Part shown: positions 25,859-39,141 of the stretch, piece after piece | Numbering within the stretch: the first letter of the stretch is position 1 | Layout: the number at the start of each line of letters is the position of its first letter | Source of the DNA: Trichosphaerium sp. ATCC 40318 | Taxonomy: Eukaryota > Protista > Tubulinea | Assembly: GCA_038496445.1 (NCBI GenBank) | Contig: JALMLS010000466.1 | Location: 372,001-436,000 of the forward strand | Reading direction: 5' to 3' | Length of the DNA: 64,000 bases | The notes under the pieces: generated by a model | What the model was told of the DNA's origin: nothing | Databases searched by the model: none | Seen by the model: only the letters and a program-made list of their open reading frames with translations | Translations under genes and position numbers: made by a program

Positions 25859-26360
25859 AGCACATTTGATGTCGTAAAAAGACACCCAGCATAACAGTGA
25901 TACACTTGCAAGGGTTGGGAAGCGTTTAGAAACAGACTGCAAATGTGGTACGCGTCAATTCTTTTTCTCTTTTAAAGATGGTGCACAATGCCAAACGAAC
26001 CAAACAACAACGTCATTTGGAACCCTTTTTTTAGAACGACTTTTCACGCACGTGTCACTGAACTTCTCGAGAGAGTTATGTTTTGTTTGAGAATAACCAA
26101 ATGTTCTGTATTTTTTTTTTCATGAGTTGTTACACGCAATAAGTGACGTGAGTACGTTGACGACATCTCCTATTTGCCGTACTTCGCGTGTGCACACAAA
26201 AAAGTGTGAACTTCAAATAGCTTCCGTTTTTGAGGAACAATAGTTCCGCAGAAAAAAACTGAAATACTACCAAAAAAAAAAAAGTGCCAAAAAAGTCAAC
26301 TCTTTTCGAATCAACTATTTTCTTCATCATTTTAATGCTTTAGCACTCCAATAAAACACG

Positions 26361-27674
26361 ATGACCATGCCAGCAGTACATGCCGATATTGTCCGCCTAC
26401 TAAGCATCAGATCAAATGGGTTTTGCGCTGATTGCCGCACAGAGGGTCAGTGTTTTTTGGTAGTTTCTGTTACAGCAACAAAAAAATATTATTACAAAAC
26501 AATAGTATTCACTCCTGAGCAGGCGTCTCTCATGCTTCGGTTACCCTGGGGGTATATTTATGTAAAAATTGCGCAAAAATCCACACTAAAACTCTGGGAC
26601 CTGACGTATCGCACGTGAGAAGCTTAGGAGACAAGAATTGGACCGAGAGCGATATTGCAGTACGTGCATACTCTTTTTTTTTACTTTGGTGAATACAATT
26701 ACTAGTTTTCATCTTACAGTGTGGGTATGTACCTTAGCGGAGTTACAAAGCGTTTAGCAAGTCGTTAACGTACACCCACAAGAACCAAAACTACACCGGA
26801 AAATTATATTTTAGCTTCTTTTCTCTGTCAAAGAAAACACTCGTTTTAACACTGTACTCTAGTTTATGCGTAGTATGGGTAATGATCGGGTCAAGATGAT
26901 TTACGAATACAAATTACCATCTACAGGCATTACGCTTACTTCAAACTCGTACGTTTCTGGTATTTTTAATGGAATACAACATTTCTTGAAACAAATCGTT
27001 TGGTTGGACATTTTCTTGATGCACTTTTTTCTTTATACTGACTTAACAATTCACACGTGAAAAAAACTAAACATATTTGTTAGTCAACTGAAGCGTTTCA
27101 TAATGGCTAAATATTTATTCAAAAAATACGCTTTCCAAGTGGAGTTTCTCGAACGTAAAGCATCGGTACGTTTAAACAAAAAATAGAAACAACAAAAAAA
27201 ACGTAACCCAAACTCACCTCCAAAATTGGTCACGTGATATTGAAAATCTATTTTTGGTTCATCACTGTGTTATTCAAAATAGTGACTTATACTTGTTCCT
27301 AGAGTAATAAAAGAACACGTGAAGAGTTTGATTTAATGCATTTTACGATTCCTGAAGAAGATTGGCTTGCCGGAACACCAAGCAAACCGCCTCCTCGCGC
27401 ACGGAAACTCTCAAAGCAGTCATTGAAGAAGGAAGTATTGGAGTTATATGACACCCCTACCAAACCACGAAGACTTTCAGCTTCAATGACACAAACACCA
27501 AGTGTTATGTTGCCTACTTTTCACGCGGCCGCTTCACAAGGCCGCGTTTCTAAGAGTTGGACAGACGATGACTTGTCTACTTGGGACCCATTTTCAGTTG
27601 ATCAAGAGTGTCGTCCAAGGTCACCAAAAAAGAATAAGACCGAGATTTTGGCGTTATACGCGTCTTGCACGTGA
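26361..27674 (+). CDS. ArfGAP-domain protein lacking the arginine finger
   Basis: CADC-X16-CKNC zinc finger, SHVRSL, MGNDRV, FIMAKY; the CX4R position is Thr (CAKIHT). Confidence 0.85.
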
Positions 27675-28500
27675 TAACTTTATTTATTTTCATCGCCAAA
27701 AATCACGTGGAAAAATTTTCTCAAAAAAACCAAACCCTCCTATCCTATTTGTACATAAATAAACCAAATGTAATTTACATGCCAACCTTACCCCAACAAA
27801 AACAGTCTGACTTTATTGTATCGTAATACGTAGCCAATAACACGGATTTTGTTTAGCTTTTTTTTTCAGGTATTACGCAACTCGCTATGTTTGTGGAGTT
27901 TTTCTGATAACTAAAGGGAATTTATTCTCAGGTTTTTTGTTTGCTACAAGATTTGATAAAAACGTTTCAATATACCGTAGTTTACACTCCGGCACATCCT
28001 GCCAAACCTGCAAACTGTGTACTCATTGAAATATCCTGTAAATTTTGTGCTAGATTCGGAGCAAAGGGTGCGATTTGGAACTTCCTAAAAACCGTATCAA
28101 TTAAAAAGAAACAAAACACTCCTACCCCGAATGGGTTAGAGACACACCAATGATTGTAGCGTAATAAATACAAATTACAACTGTGACGTATGTGGAACAA
28201 AAGGAGTCACAGCAGACCCTTCCGGAGTAGACAATCGAGGGTAGTATGGTACAATACTATACTCTATCATATTCTACGCAACACAGTTCTATGGAGTGTA
28301 TCACAGTTAGCGTCACTCCGTACTCCTGAACGAAATTTCGCGCTCTGCTATCGAAGCATAACGTCATCAAGAAATTAAGCCAGTGCGCGCTATAAACACT
28401 CAATTGAACAAACAGCTTATATAAGATAAATCAAGCTTTTGAGGCTAATACTGTTTATGTTACTATTGTACACTTGTTCGGAGTATGTGCCAACTAGAAG

Positions 28501-30334
28501 CTAGACACTGCTTGTGTTTACGGTTGATTGGCTAGCGAGTGAAGGAGTACTTTTCGCAATTCCACCAGAGCTCCCTTTTGATTTGTCTCTTTTCAACATT
28601 TTGCTTAATGTCGTGAACATTTGCCAAGGTGGAGCGTAGTAAGAGTAGATGGCACATACCATCAATACCTCAAAAAAACGCGAACAGAAAAGCCAACCAA
28701 CTGCATTGTCATATACTCTATCTCTTAGAGCCTGTGCGATTATAATGAGAACTCCGAGAAAGGCAACGCCTATAGTGCAGCGTGTTATCTAGTATTATAT
28801 GAGCACGTGATTATACTGCACTGGTTTAGTTACTTACACGCATTAGTGCTCTTCTAGAGGTCTTGTTTTTTTTGTACCTCATCGCCTTGCAGTAAACTAC
28901 CGAAGCACTTACCTTTGTTATAATTGTTAAAACATACATGAAGGCGAGACAATAACGTACAAATATAAAAATCAACGCTAGCAAAATGTTGGCTATCAGG
29001 AGAACGTTTAATACGACGCTATGTAAGGTTGTTAGAAGGTTGCAAAAAAACCCTAGGACGTACTCAACGTGAGTGGAAGTGATGACTCTATACAATGTGG
29101 CTACTATGCGACTGATGGTAATATATACCAGAGCACCAATTGCAATGCGTTTGTGTGTAAATGTTGGGTGTCCCGAAAGCGCAGCTTGGAGCCTAAATAT
29201 TACGTCACAATGCTTGCTGTCTAAACTCTACAAACTATGCTTTTTGGTTTGGTGGATCTAGATAATAAATATTAAAGTGAAAGCACTTACCAATATGCAC
29301 TTGTCGATACTACCATAGCAAACAAACAAGAAATAGCAAGCGTTGATAGAAACAAAACAGAGCGATTACTGTTGATTCCGTTGTATCCATACAAATCAAT
29401 AATGGGTTGAAGACCACGTACTGTACAATAAATAAGATCCAAATTCAGAAAATATACTTGCCCAATACGTACTAAATGTTATACCAATTATTGAGAGTAA
29501 GGCTACATCAAGCAATAAGCCAGACCAAAACTCTTGACCAGGTACCACAGGTATGTTGGTTCGAGGTTTAGCGCTACATCGCTTATGTTGTCTTAGAGTA
29601 AAGACTGTAATAGCATAGCAGAGTAAAAGAAAAAACACAATTGGCACTGTCACTTCATAAAATCTCCACGTGACAATGAATCGGTTGTAGCCATCCATAA
29701 CTGTCAATAATTAATCAAATGAAATACTCACAATTTAAATAAGAAAAGAGCAAGGACAAACCTCGTTTAGAAGCCGGAAGCAATGCAGTGATTGAGTTGT
29801 CAAGGAAACTGTCAGTAAAGTTTGTACTTAATCCCTGTGCGAGAATGAATGGTATTCGTAAATTGCGTGAAGGCTGGAGAATATTTGTTGGCAAATCACC
29901 TAAATGAGTGAGTTTGAAGGAGTAATAGTTTTTCCGACCAACAAATAGTATAAAGGCAATGGCTCCTTGCGATTGAACTGCTTTTGCAAGTCTAGGATGA
30001 AACATCTCCCCATTTGAAGTCTCGCAATTACTCTCATTTTGAAGAGTGTATGCTATGTACCCTAAATACTGTTTGTTAGTGAAACAGCATGTGCGGAGTT
30101 TGTGCCTGAGAGTTCTAAATTATTTTTCAAGTTACATCCTTCAAATATTACTCTGCGTAATGGCGCTGTGATAGGCTCAGTGTTAGGCTTACTGAACCAT
30201 GAATACACAGACTTTGTTGTATTACAAGTGTATTTACAAGCAATTACTGGCGTGTCATCGTATATGAACCCCTGACTTACAACAAGGTATGGCAGAAAAA
30301 CAAGGACAACAGCGAGATATACTGCGTTTGACAT
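28501..30334 (-). CDS. Signal peptide + PA-like domain + seven-TM (GPCR-like) protein, copy A
   Basis: PA-like C..AKAVQSQGAIAFILFV...LRIPFIL; seven hydrophobic segments after splicing; Ser-rich tail. Confidence 0.7.
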
Positions 30335-30624
30335 TGAGAACAGAAAGTATGGTGGCACGTGCCACAATATTGTGTACGCCAGAGGTTATATTAAAACAAA
30401 GCCTTTTTGTCGTGCTACGTTATCATAATGCCGTCAATACAAATCTTTGACGAACATTCAGGTAAGGTGCGTTTGACCTCGTATCACATCATGTAAGAAA
30501 CAAAACCATGAGATTTAGGCTGGTGGTGAGTCACGTTGATGTTATTCTTAGATTTCTTGAATTTATCACGAGTGTTGTTTTAATATGCCTGAAATATCGG
30601 GGTTGAATTCTATAGACAGGGAAT

Positions 30625-30856
30625 GAGTAAATTATGGAAGTTTGGAAAATCTGGAAAAGTAAAAGGAAGTGTGATGGAAGTGCTTTTTATCCACACCATT
30701 ATTAAATATACCACATAATCTTCCCCTTAGGCACGGAGTGCTATAGCCAACATCCGGCGACTGATGACTCAATTTGTTGGTGGTGTGGGGAGAAAAAGCA
30801 CTTCCATCACACTTCCTTTTACTTTTCCAGATTTTCCAAACTTACAGATTTTACTT
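30625..30856. mobile_element. Foldback/MITE-like element with ~50-bp perfect inverted repeats
   Basis: AAGTTTGGAAAATCTGGAAAAGTAAAAGGAAGTGTGATGGAAGTGCTTTTT (30638-30688) is the reverse complement of 30793-30843; imperfect extension outward; ~105-bp spacer. Confidence 0.7.
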
Positions 30857-31075
30857 TTACGATAGACACGACGTCTCCAATAAGCCAATATACTTATTGT
30901 AAGAGGTAGATCATTGTTTCGGAATACCTGAAGTTAAAATTAAATAAGGGAAGCGACCAAACAGTTATTTTCCTTTTGAGATTAAACACGTGATTGTATT
31001 CAAAGTTTTGAAACGTGATTAACTTGAAGACAAAATCTGAATGGTGCAATGTAATTTTTGGTAAACAATAAAAAT

Positions 31076-31808
31076 TAGAGATGGCAGAAATACCGGTCCG
31101 AACCGGTTCCGGACCGAAACGCAAAGACCGGTCCGTAAACGGTCCAAACGGTCCGCTGTCAAAGGGAGTACCCTTGGAAAATCGGAAAAATAGCCGAAAA
31201 AGGAATTTTTGTCAAAGGGTACTCCCTTGGATTTTTATCAGTCCAAACAGTCCCTGTCACAAAATCTCAGAACCCTCCATCTATTGACCTACTCACTGTG
31301 TGCATGCACATAAGGTGGCTGTACACTTTTTGTGGCAGGTTTGAATATCACCACTTTTTTTTCATACCTAAAATAGTTTAGATACTATTATTTCGCGTAA
31401 GCAATGCACTTGATAAGTTGCTCTACGCGCACAAAGTGATAAAAAGATGTTTGGGTGAAAGTGTATGAAAGTATGTAACATCACGTGATTTTGTCCAAAT
31501 GTCAAAATAACGTCACCACAGGCACATTTTGACTCAAAAAAAGTAGCGGTTAGGCCAGCGTGACCTTGTTTTACCGCGCTAAACTTAATTTTGTTACAAC
31601 GGGCTGATTGAGGGCTTTCAACCACTCTATGTGTAGAACTCTCAATTTTAAGGCGTTTCAGGCTACTTTTATTCAAAATAAAGCAAAACCACTTACATTG
31701 TTATTCACTGAATGAATACTGCTCTTGTTCTAAATCACGGACCGGTTACGGACCGAAAACCGATATATTGAAACCGGACCGGTATCGGACCGGTATTTGC
31801 CACCTCTA
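31076..31808. mobile_element. ~730-bp non-autonomous hAT-like DNA transposon
   Basis: TIRs TAGAGATGGCAGAAATACCGGTCCGA and (reverse complement) TAGAGGTGGCAAATACCGGTCCGA; many subterminal CGGTCC/ACCGG repeats as in Ac/Ds; TSD imperfect (TAAAAAT/AAAAAAT). Confidence 0.8.
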
Positions 31809-32293
31809 AAAAAATGCTTAGGCGTTGGATAGAATGAAACAGTGTAGCCAAAACACCAATATGTTAAGGTGGCAATTTCATGCAATGTACCAGTATTCGT
31901 CAACAACAAATATGAGCTGTACGTTGTGACATCATACAATGTCAAGCTTAGGCGTATGAAAAAAACAAAGGCGTGCCAAAAACTCGAAAATGTTGCTGGT
32001 TTTTGCTATCTTTTTCTTGCTACTCAGCCTATTCGTACACATTTAGTGTTTCTCTATCAAACATTATCTCAGTTAGGAAAACCATAAATTGGTGAGTGAA
32101 TTAATTAGCTTTCGCTTCTATTTTTTGGGTTTAAAAAAAGTCAAAGACTTAAAGCTCAACATACTTGGCATGTTTGTCTACAGAAAAAACTTGGTTTTAC
32201 CATTCTTTATTTAACAGATCTTTGACTTTAAGCCAATAATAATGTACACTTCGTTCTAAATATATCATCGCCACAAAAAAGATAACGTCAGAA

Positions 32294-34126
32294 CTATCCA
32301 CTATTTGTTGTAGTAAACGGATCAGTTTTGTTCGTAGAAATAGTCTTAGTGACGCTGCATTGTTTTGGTTTATCCTTCTTCAGCACCCTGCATAATAACT
32401 TGAATATTTGCAACGGTGTAGCATAGTAAGAGTAAATAGCGCATATAGTTAATGCCTCAATTGTCCGGAACACCAAAAGCCAAGCTACAGTAGTCTCAAA
32501 CACTGTGACTCTAAGAGCATGAATACAAATATAGGAAATAACAAGGACTGCTACACTAATAGTGCATCGTGTTATCTATTAATCTATGAGCACGTGATCA
32601 CACTGCGTCAAGAATTTTACTTACTCGTACGAGTGCTATTCTTGATTTTTTATTTGAATCAAACCTTGTTGTCTTGTAGTACACCACTGAAGCACTTACC
32701 TATAACAAAAGTTAGAATGTATGTGGCGGTACGGGATTGTAACGTACAATAATACAAACTTGTGAGATTGTCATATTCAGTAAAACAATAACGTTTAATA
32801 CGGTGCTAGTAGGTTATTAAAAGATTGAGTTAGAATATCTTTGCAACTTGCTCAAGGTGAGTAGAAGTGATTACTCGATACAGAATAGAAATAGTAGCAG
32901 GAACAATAGTGTATGTTATAGCTGCAATTGCAATACGTTTATGTGTGAATATTCGATGCCCTGAAAGCGCCGCTTGGAGCCTAAGTACTTCGTCAACTAC
33001 ATCTTGAAGAAAATAATAGGTATAAACAACAGCATCAGCTTCTAAAGTTGCATGCGTTGTGACTTGTTGGTTGTGAGTGAAATTACTAATGTAACGTACC
33101 AATATGCACTTGTAAGTATTATCATAGCAAACAAACAAGCAACAGCAATAGCGGAAAACAGAAAAACGATCCGATTATTGAGTCCGTTATATCCATACAA
33201 ATCAATAGCAGGTTGAAGAGCACGTACTAAAATAAATAAGATACAACTTTTCAAAAAATATACACACCAAGTGTTATACCAATTACCGAGAGTAAGGCTG
33301 CGTCAAGCAATATACCAGCCCAAAGTTCTTGACCAGGTACCACAGGTATGTTAGTTTTTGGTGCTTTAGCTCTACATCGCTTGTGTTGTCTTAGAGTAAA
33401 GACTGTAATAGCATAGCAGAGTAAAAGAAAAAACACAATCGGCACTGCCGCTTCATAAAATCTCCACGTGACAATGAATCGGTTGTAGCCATCCATAACT
33501 GTCAATAATTAATCAAATGAAATACGCAACGAAAAGAGCAAGGACAAACCTCGTTTAGAAGCCGGAATAAACGTGATGATTGAGTTGTCATGGAAACTGT
33601 TAGTAAAATTTACTATTGATACGTTTATGAGTATGAAAGGAATCCGTAAATGGCGTGAAGGTTGCACAATAGCCAAAGGAAGATCATCTACGAACGTTAA
33701 GTAAGAATCGAGAAAAAAGCTCCTCTAACCCACGAAAATAGCGTAAGCAATGGCTCCACGCGCTTGAACGGCTTTTGCCAGCTTTGGATGAAATATCTCC
33801 CCATTTGAAGTCTCACAATTACTCTCATTTTGAAGAGTGTATGCTATGTACCCTAAGTACTACGTAAGCAAACAGAAGGTGTAGACGGAGTTTGAAGTGC
33901 CTGAAAGCTCTAAATTATTTTTCAAGTTACATCCTTCAAATATTACTCTGCGTAATGGCGCTGTGATAGGCTCAGTGTTGGGCTTACTGAACCACGAATA
34001 CACAGACTTTGTTGTATTACAAGTGTATTTACAAGCAATTACTGGCGTGTCATCGTATATGAACCCCTGACTTACAACAAGGTATGGTAGAACAAATATG
34101 ATCGCCAGAACTGCTTCGTTTGACAT
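32294..34126 (-). CDS. Signal peptide + PA-like domain + seven-TM protein, copy B
   Basis: Paralogue of 28501-30334 with matching exon structure. Confidence 0.7.
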
Positions 34127-34790
34127 GTAAACAGAAAATAAGAAAACAACTATTTTTTGTGATTAAAGTTGAATTACTGTAACTTGAATTTTGGTCCCAG
34201 AGCATCTAGAAGATGGTTGCTATAGTCGCTTAAAATAGCTTTTGTCACTATTAAACGAAAAGCCTGAACAGAATAAACTGTTTGTTGCCTTAATGCGTGG
34301 AATGACATCGAATATTACAGTGTACGCGTTGGGAAGGTTTTTTACTGGCTAGACTGCGATTTTGAGTCAGCTTTTTTGTACGATTAATCTAAAGCACGCA
34401 AACGCCTATTATAACGATGTATCAAAGGCTAAAATGCATTCGGAGTAAATACGATCTTTTTTTTTGAATTGAAATAGAACAAAACATCATTTTAGGTAGT
34501 TGCACAAAAAACAGAAAATCCTCATCACGTGCTCTTTTGTTTCGGCTAGGCAAACTTGTGTACTCGCAAATATATACAACAGCGGTAAAATGCAGTCTCT
34601 AAGCTATTTTCTTTTTCTTCTTTACACAAAGCTGTCATCTTTTTTTTGATTTCAATCAAAAAATATACAGCCTTGAACTATTTTGACTGGTATAATTCTC
34701 TTTCGCATTATAACATCAAGCATAGCTAGCATAGGTACGCAAAAGTCATAATATAGTGTGTTTCTTACGTAACAGAGCAGTAAGATAAAA

Positions 34791-36185
34791 ATGACGTCAA
34801 AAAAGCTTGAACTTGTAGAACTGCCACAAGAGATACTCGCAAGCATTACAAACTTCATGTCCGATGAGAATAGGACTAATTTCGCACAAGTGTGCCAAAC
34901 GCTAAAGAAGGTAGCTTGCCAGTTTCAAAGAAGCAAAAACACAAACAAAAAGACTGACACCTTCCTTTGATTATTTCTAAATATAGCCACAAACTTATTC
35001 TTGTTTCTTTAGCACATATACGATTGTGAAGGATATAGAAAGGTTTTCATTTACACTGTTGAACAAGCTAAAGAGATTGGCAAGTGTAGTGGTATTCTAA
35101 AACGAAGTATTATTCATCTATGTGCCCATGAAGTTGGAGATGATGCTCTGGCATTCTTGAGAGGAGCAAGAGAGATAGGTGTTTGCTATGATTCCGCAAA
35201 AGAGTGTGGAGAGTTTTATGGTATAGAACGTGATTCTTTGATATCAGATGAAGGATTACAATACCTAACAGGTATACATACTATCAATCTCAGCGAAACC
35301 AATGTAACTGATAATGGTCTTGCATACTTAAAAGGTGTACACACCATATTTTTGGACGAATGCAAAGGTATAACTGATGCCGGACTTGCACACTTGAAAG
35401 GAGTGCATACTATTACATTGGAGAGAACTGAGACGATTACTAACGCTGGTATGGTCCATATACAAGGTGCTTATGATGTTACTCTAAGTGACAGTATCAC
35501 AGATGACGGTTTAAAGCATTTTTCAAGTGTCCATACTATCACGCTTGGTAACAATTTAAAAGGATACGGCCTAGAGTGTTTGAAGAATGCTCATACTGTC
35601 CACCTACCTTACAGAATGCAAGATAACGACTGCTTACGCCATTTATCTGGAGTCAAAAAAGTATATGTGAAGAATTCCTACGGAGATAGTGTAAGGCACT
35701 TGGCTGGTGTCCCTGAACTCTATCTTTCTAACTGCTCTTCCGTTACACCCAATTGCATTAAGCAGCTTGGAGGTTGTCATACTATTAACCTTACTCGTAC
35801 ACAAGTAACAGATGATGCTTTATCCACTTTTAAAGGTGTTAAAAAAATATGGCTTTCTTACACAAACGTTGGTGATGAAGGTATTAAACACTTATCCGGT
35901 GTTCATACTATTCATCTTGAATCAACAAATGTTACAAATGTTGGTCTTAGGTATCTTGAAGGCGTAAAGGACATTAATTTGAATGACACGAAAGTTTCTG
36001 ATAACGGAATGAAATATTTGGCTGGTGCAGAGATTGTTGATGTTTCGTATACTAGAGTATCTGATAAAGGTATAAAGTTGATCATGTCTAAGCCTGGGTT
36101 GCATACTATACAACCTCGTGTTTCAAAGGTTTCAAAAAAATGTATGGAATTCATGGAATCTAAAGGAGTTATGGTGTATTATTAA
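34791..36185 (+). CDS. F-box + LRR (GVHTI-type) protein with a single intron
   Basis: Exon 1 LVELPQEILASITNFM..FAQVCQTLKK (F-box); phase-0 intron 34911-35012; long exon with VTDxGLxxLxGVHTIxL repeats. Confidence 0.85.
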
Positions 36186-36733
36186 TAAAAACTGTTACTT
36201 TTTACAAGTCAAAATTCGTCACTGTCTAACCACATATTTTGCGAGGCAATGTAAAAATAGAGCTTTGAATGTTGAAAACAACGAGCCAAATAAGCTTATT
36301 AAAGTTGGCTACAATTTCTCAACAGTGTATTGACAAAGCGATTTAGGTGTTTGTCATAGCGATTGTCCACAGCTATAAACTACAAATGTAAGCGTATCCT
36401 AGACAGGCTGAAGAGCGTCACAATCCTCTTCTTACAACTACAACAATACAGTCCTCCGTTCACATTTTGGCGAAAGGATAAAATTTTCAGATTTCATAAA
36501 TGTCGGAGTAACTTGCATCAGAATTTCTAAAAGTGATGACTGCCTTTACAAAAAAAACGCCAAATATTTGAAAAAATTGGCGGTTGTTTTTTGTAGATTG
36601 CGCTTATTGACTAATTAGAAGACGCAAATATAAACTAGATTAGTTGGGTGACTTGTTTGACACGCTTAGTTTGTATCTGGTCAATGCTGAGACTTTTGTT
36701 ACTCAGGTATTTTATTTACACGTCACTGTAAAG

Positions 36734-38915
36734 ATGCTTTACACAAGTACGCGTGGTAACGGCGCTACAAAGTCGTTTGAGCAAGTAGTGTTACAAGGTA
36801 CTGCTGTATTATTAACAACCACTCTCTCATGATCGTTTAGGACTCGCTGAAGATGGTGGCTTGTTTGTGCCTACGTCATTACCTAAGATCGACAAGAAAA
36901 CGTTAGAAAGCTGGTCTGATCTATCATACGGTGATCTTTTCTTCAATGTCGCAAGTTTGTTTATCGCTGAGAGTGAAATACCTCGCAAAGATCTGAAAAA
37001 CATCACCAGCACATGTTACAGTGCATTTAGGTACGTTGGGAACCGTGCACGGACCATCATTACCTTATTTAAAAAACTGTGACTTTAGTTCTTAAATAGC
37101 ACACCTATGTTATCTCCGCGCGTAAAAAAACAGTTCCAACGTGTCTACGAAAGTTTTTCAAGCGCATACAATCATCTCGCTTCATCTCGCTTAAACTCTT
37201 TTTAATAGAGATCCTGAAGTCATTAAAATGCATAAAACGAACAATATGCACATAATGGAGCTGTTTCATGGACCTACGTTCTCTTTTAAAGATGTTGCGC
37301 TACAATTTTTGGGGCAGTTGTTCAATTACTTCTTGACGCGAAAACAACGCACACAGGATAGTATAACAGTCGTTGGTGCAACAAGTGGAGATACAGGAAG
37401 CGCTGCGATACATGGCTTACGGTACGTCAAGTGCAAGTCGGTTTGACCGTGAAAAATCGTGAGATTAAAAAATCCTTGTTCAACAAAAAAACATCGATAC
37501 TGACGCGAATGTAGAGGCTTGGACAATATTGATGTTTTCATATTATTCCCTGATGGTGGTGTATCACCTATTCAAGAATTACAAATGACTACTGTACTGG
37601 ATGATAACATCCATTGCGTGGCTGTAGAGGTACCAAACGGAAAACGAAAAATTTGATTTAATGGTTTTTTTTAACAGGGAAATTTTGATCATTGTCAAAC
37701 GATTGTGAAGGACCTATTCAAGGATACTGAATTCTCTAGTACATATAATATGGGTGCTATCAATTCAATTAACTGGGCAAGAATAATGGCACAAATAACA
37801 TACTATTTTTATGGGTATTTTAAAGTGTCAAAAGAAGAGCCTAATAAGGATTGGGTAAGAAAAAAACTAGTTTTTTTTTGTTCTGAAGAAATGCATATCG
37901 TATCTTATTTTATATTAGATTTTTTCTGTACCTACCGGAAATTTTGGTGATGTTCTGGCCGGATTCTTTGCAAAATCTATGGGTAATGTTGTCTTTTTTT
38001 TGGTAACTTTTCGCGGGTTTTTTTATTTTGAAGATTTTTTTTTTGACTGTTTTCTTTCTTTAGGTTTGCCTATCCGTTTACAACTTGTTACAAATGTAAA
38101 CAATATATTGCATAGATTTTTCACAACTGGTAAATACCACAGAGAATCACTACAACCCTCAAACAGGTATCATAAACAATCCATAAAAAAACCTTTTCGC
38201 GGTTTTTTTTCTCACTTGTACTTCATTCAAACATGACACTCTGTAGTCCATCCATGGATATTCAGGTTGCATCCAACTTTGAAAGGTTCTTGTATTTCTT
38301 ATGTGATAAAAACACAGAAACAATACGGTACACATATGACCAATAAATAAAGAAAATGGTTGTCTAACACAAGAATCACTAGGAAATGGATGAATACATT
38401 TGCTGAAACAGGCAAACTTACACTTGACGAAAAGTGGCTTTCCAAAGCACAATCACTAATTTTATCAGCGTGTACAGATGGTACGTAAAATATATTTACA
38501 CATTATACCACGTGAGAGTGCTTATAAAGTTATTTATAGAAACACAAACATTGGCAACAATAAAAAAATTTTATGAAGAAGAAAAATACCTTCTTTGTCC
38601 TCACACAGCTGTTGGTGTTCATGGAGCACAAGAACTTCGAAAAGCTCACCCAGAATTTGGTACTTGTTCAGTACAGGCTTTATGTTGAAACTAACACGTG
38701 TTGTAGGAGATAAAACAAAGTTTGTTTGCCTTGCAACTGCTCATCCGGGCAAGTTTGCAAAAGCTGTGACAAAAGCGTTATCAAAGTCTATGCCTCTCCC
38801 AACTGAGCTTCAAGCACTTTCTACACAAAAAACAAAGGTTTTAAAAGCAAGAGCAGAAAAAGAAGAGATTAAGAAGTTAATAACAGATACACTCGGTAAA
38901 AAGAAGAATTCATGA
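36734..38915 (+). CDS. THR4: Threonine synthase
   Basis: YTSTRG, GLAEDGGLFVP, ELFHGPTFSFKDVALQ (PLP lysine), GATSGDTGSAA, NSINWARIMAQ, PTGNFGD, CPHTAVG, LATAHPGKF. Confidence 0.97.
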
Positions 38916-39141
38916 TAAAAGAAAGAAAGAAAAAATAAAGAAAATTAAATTCCTTAAACTTGCTTGTCAGCAGCTTAAGGTGCACTTTTTATCAGCATCT
39001 CAGCTACCAAAACACATTGTTTAATTTTTATATTGACGATTGAGTTGTGACGCAATTTTACTATTAATCACGTGCTTTATTTTACATTTTTTTTGTTGTT
39101 GTTTTTTGTTCGAAAAAAAATTTTGTTTGTTGTTTATCTAT

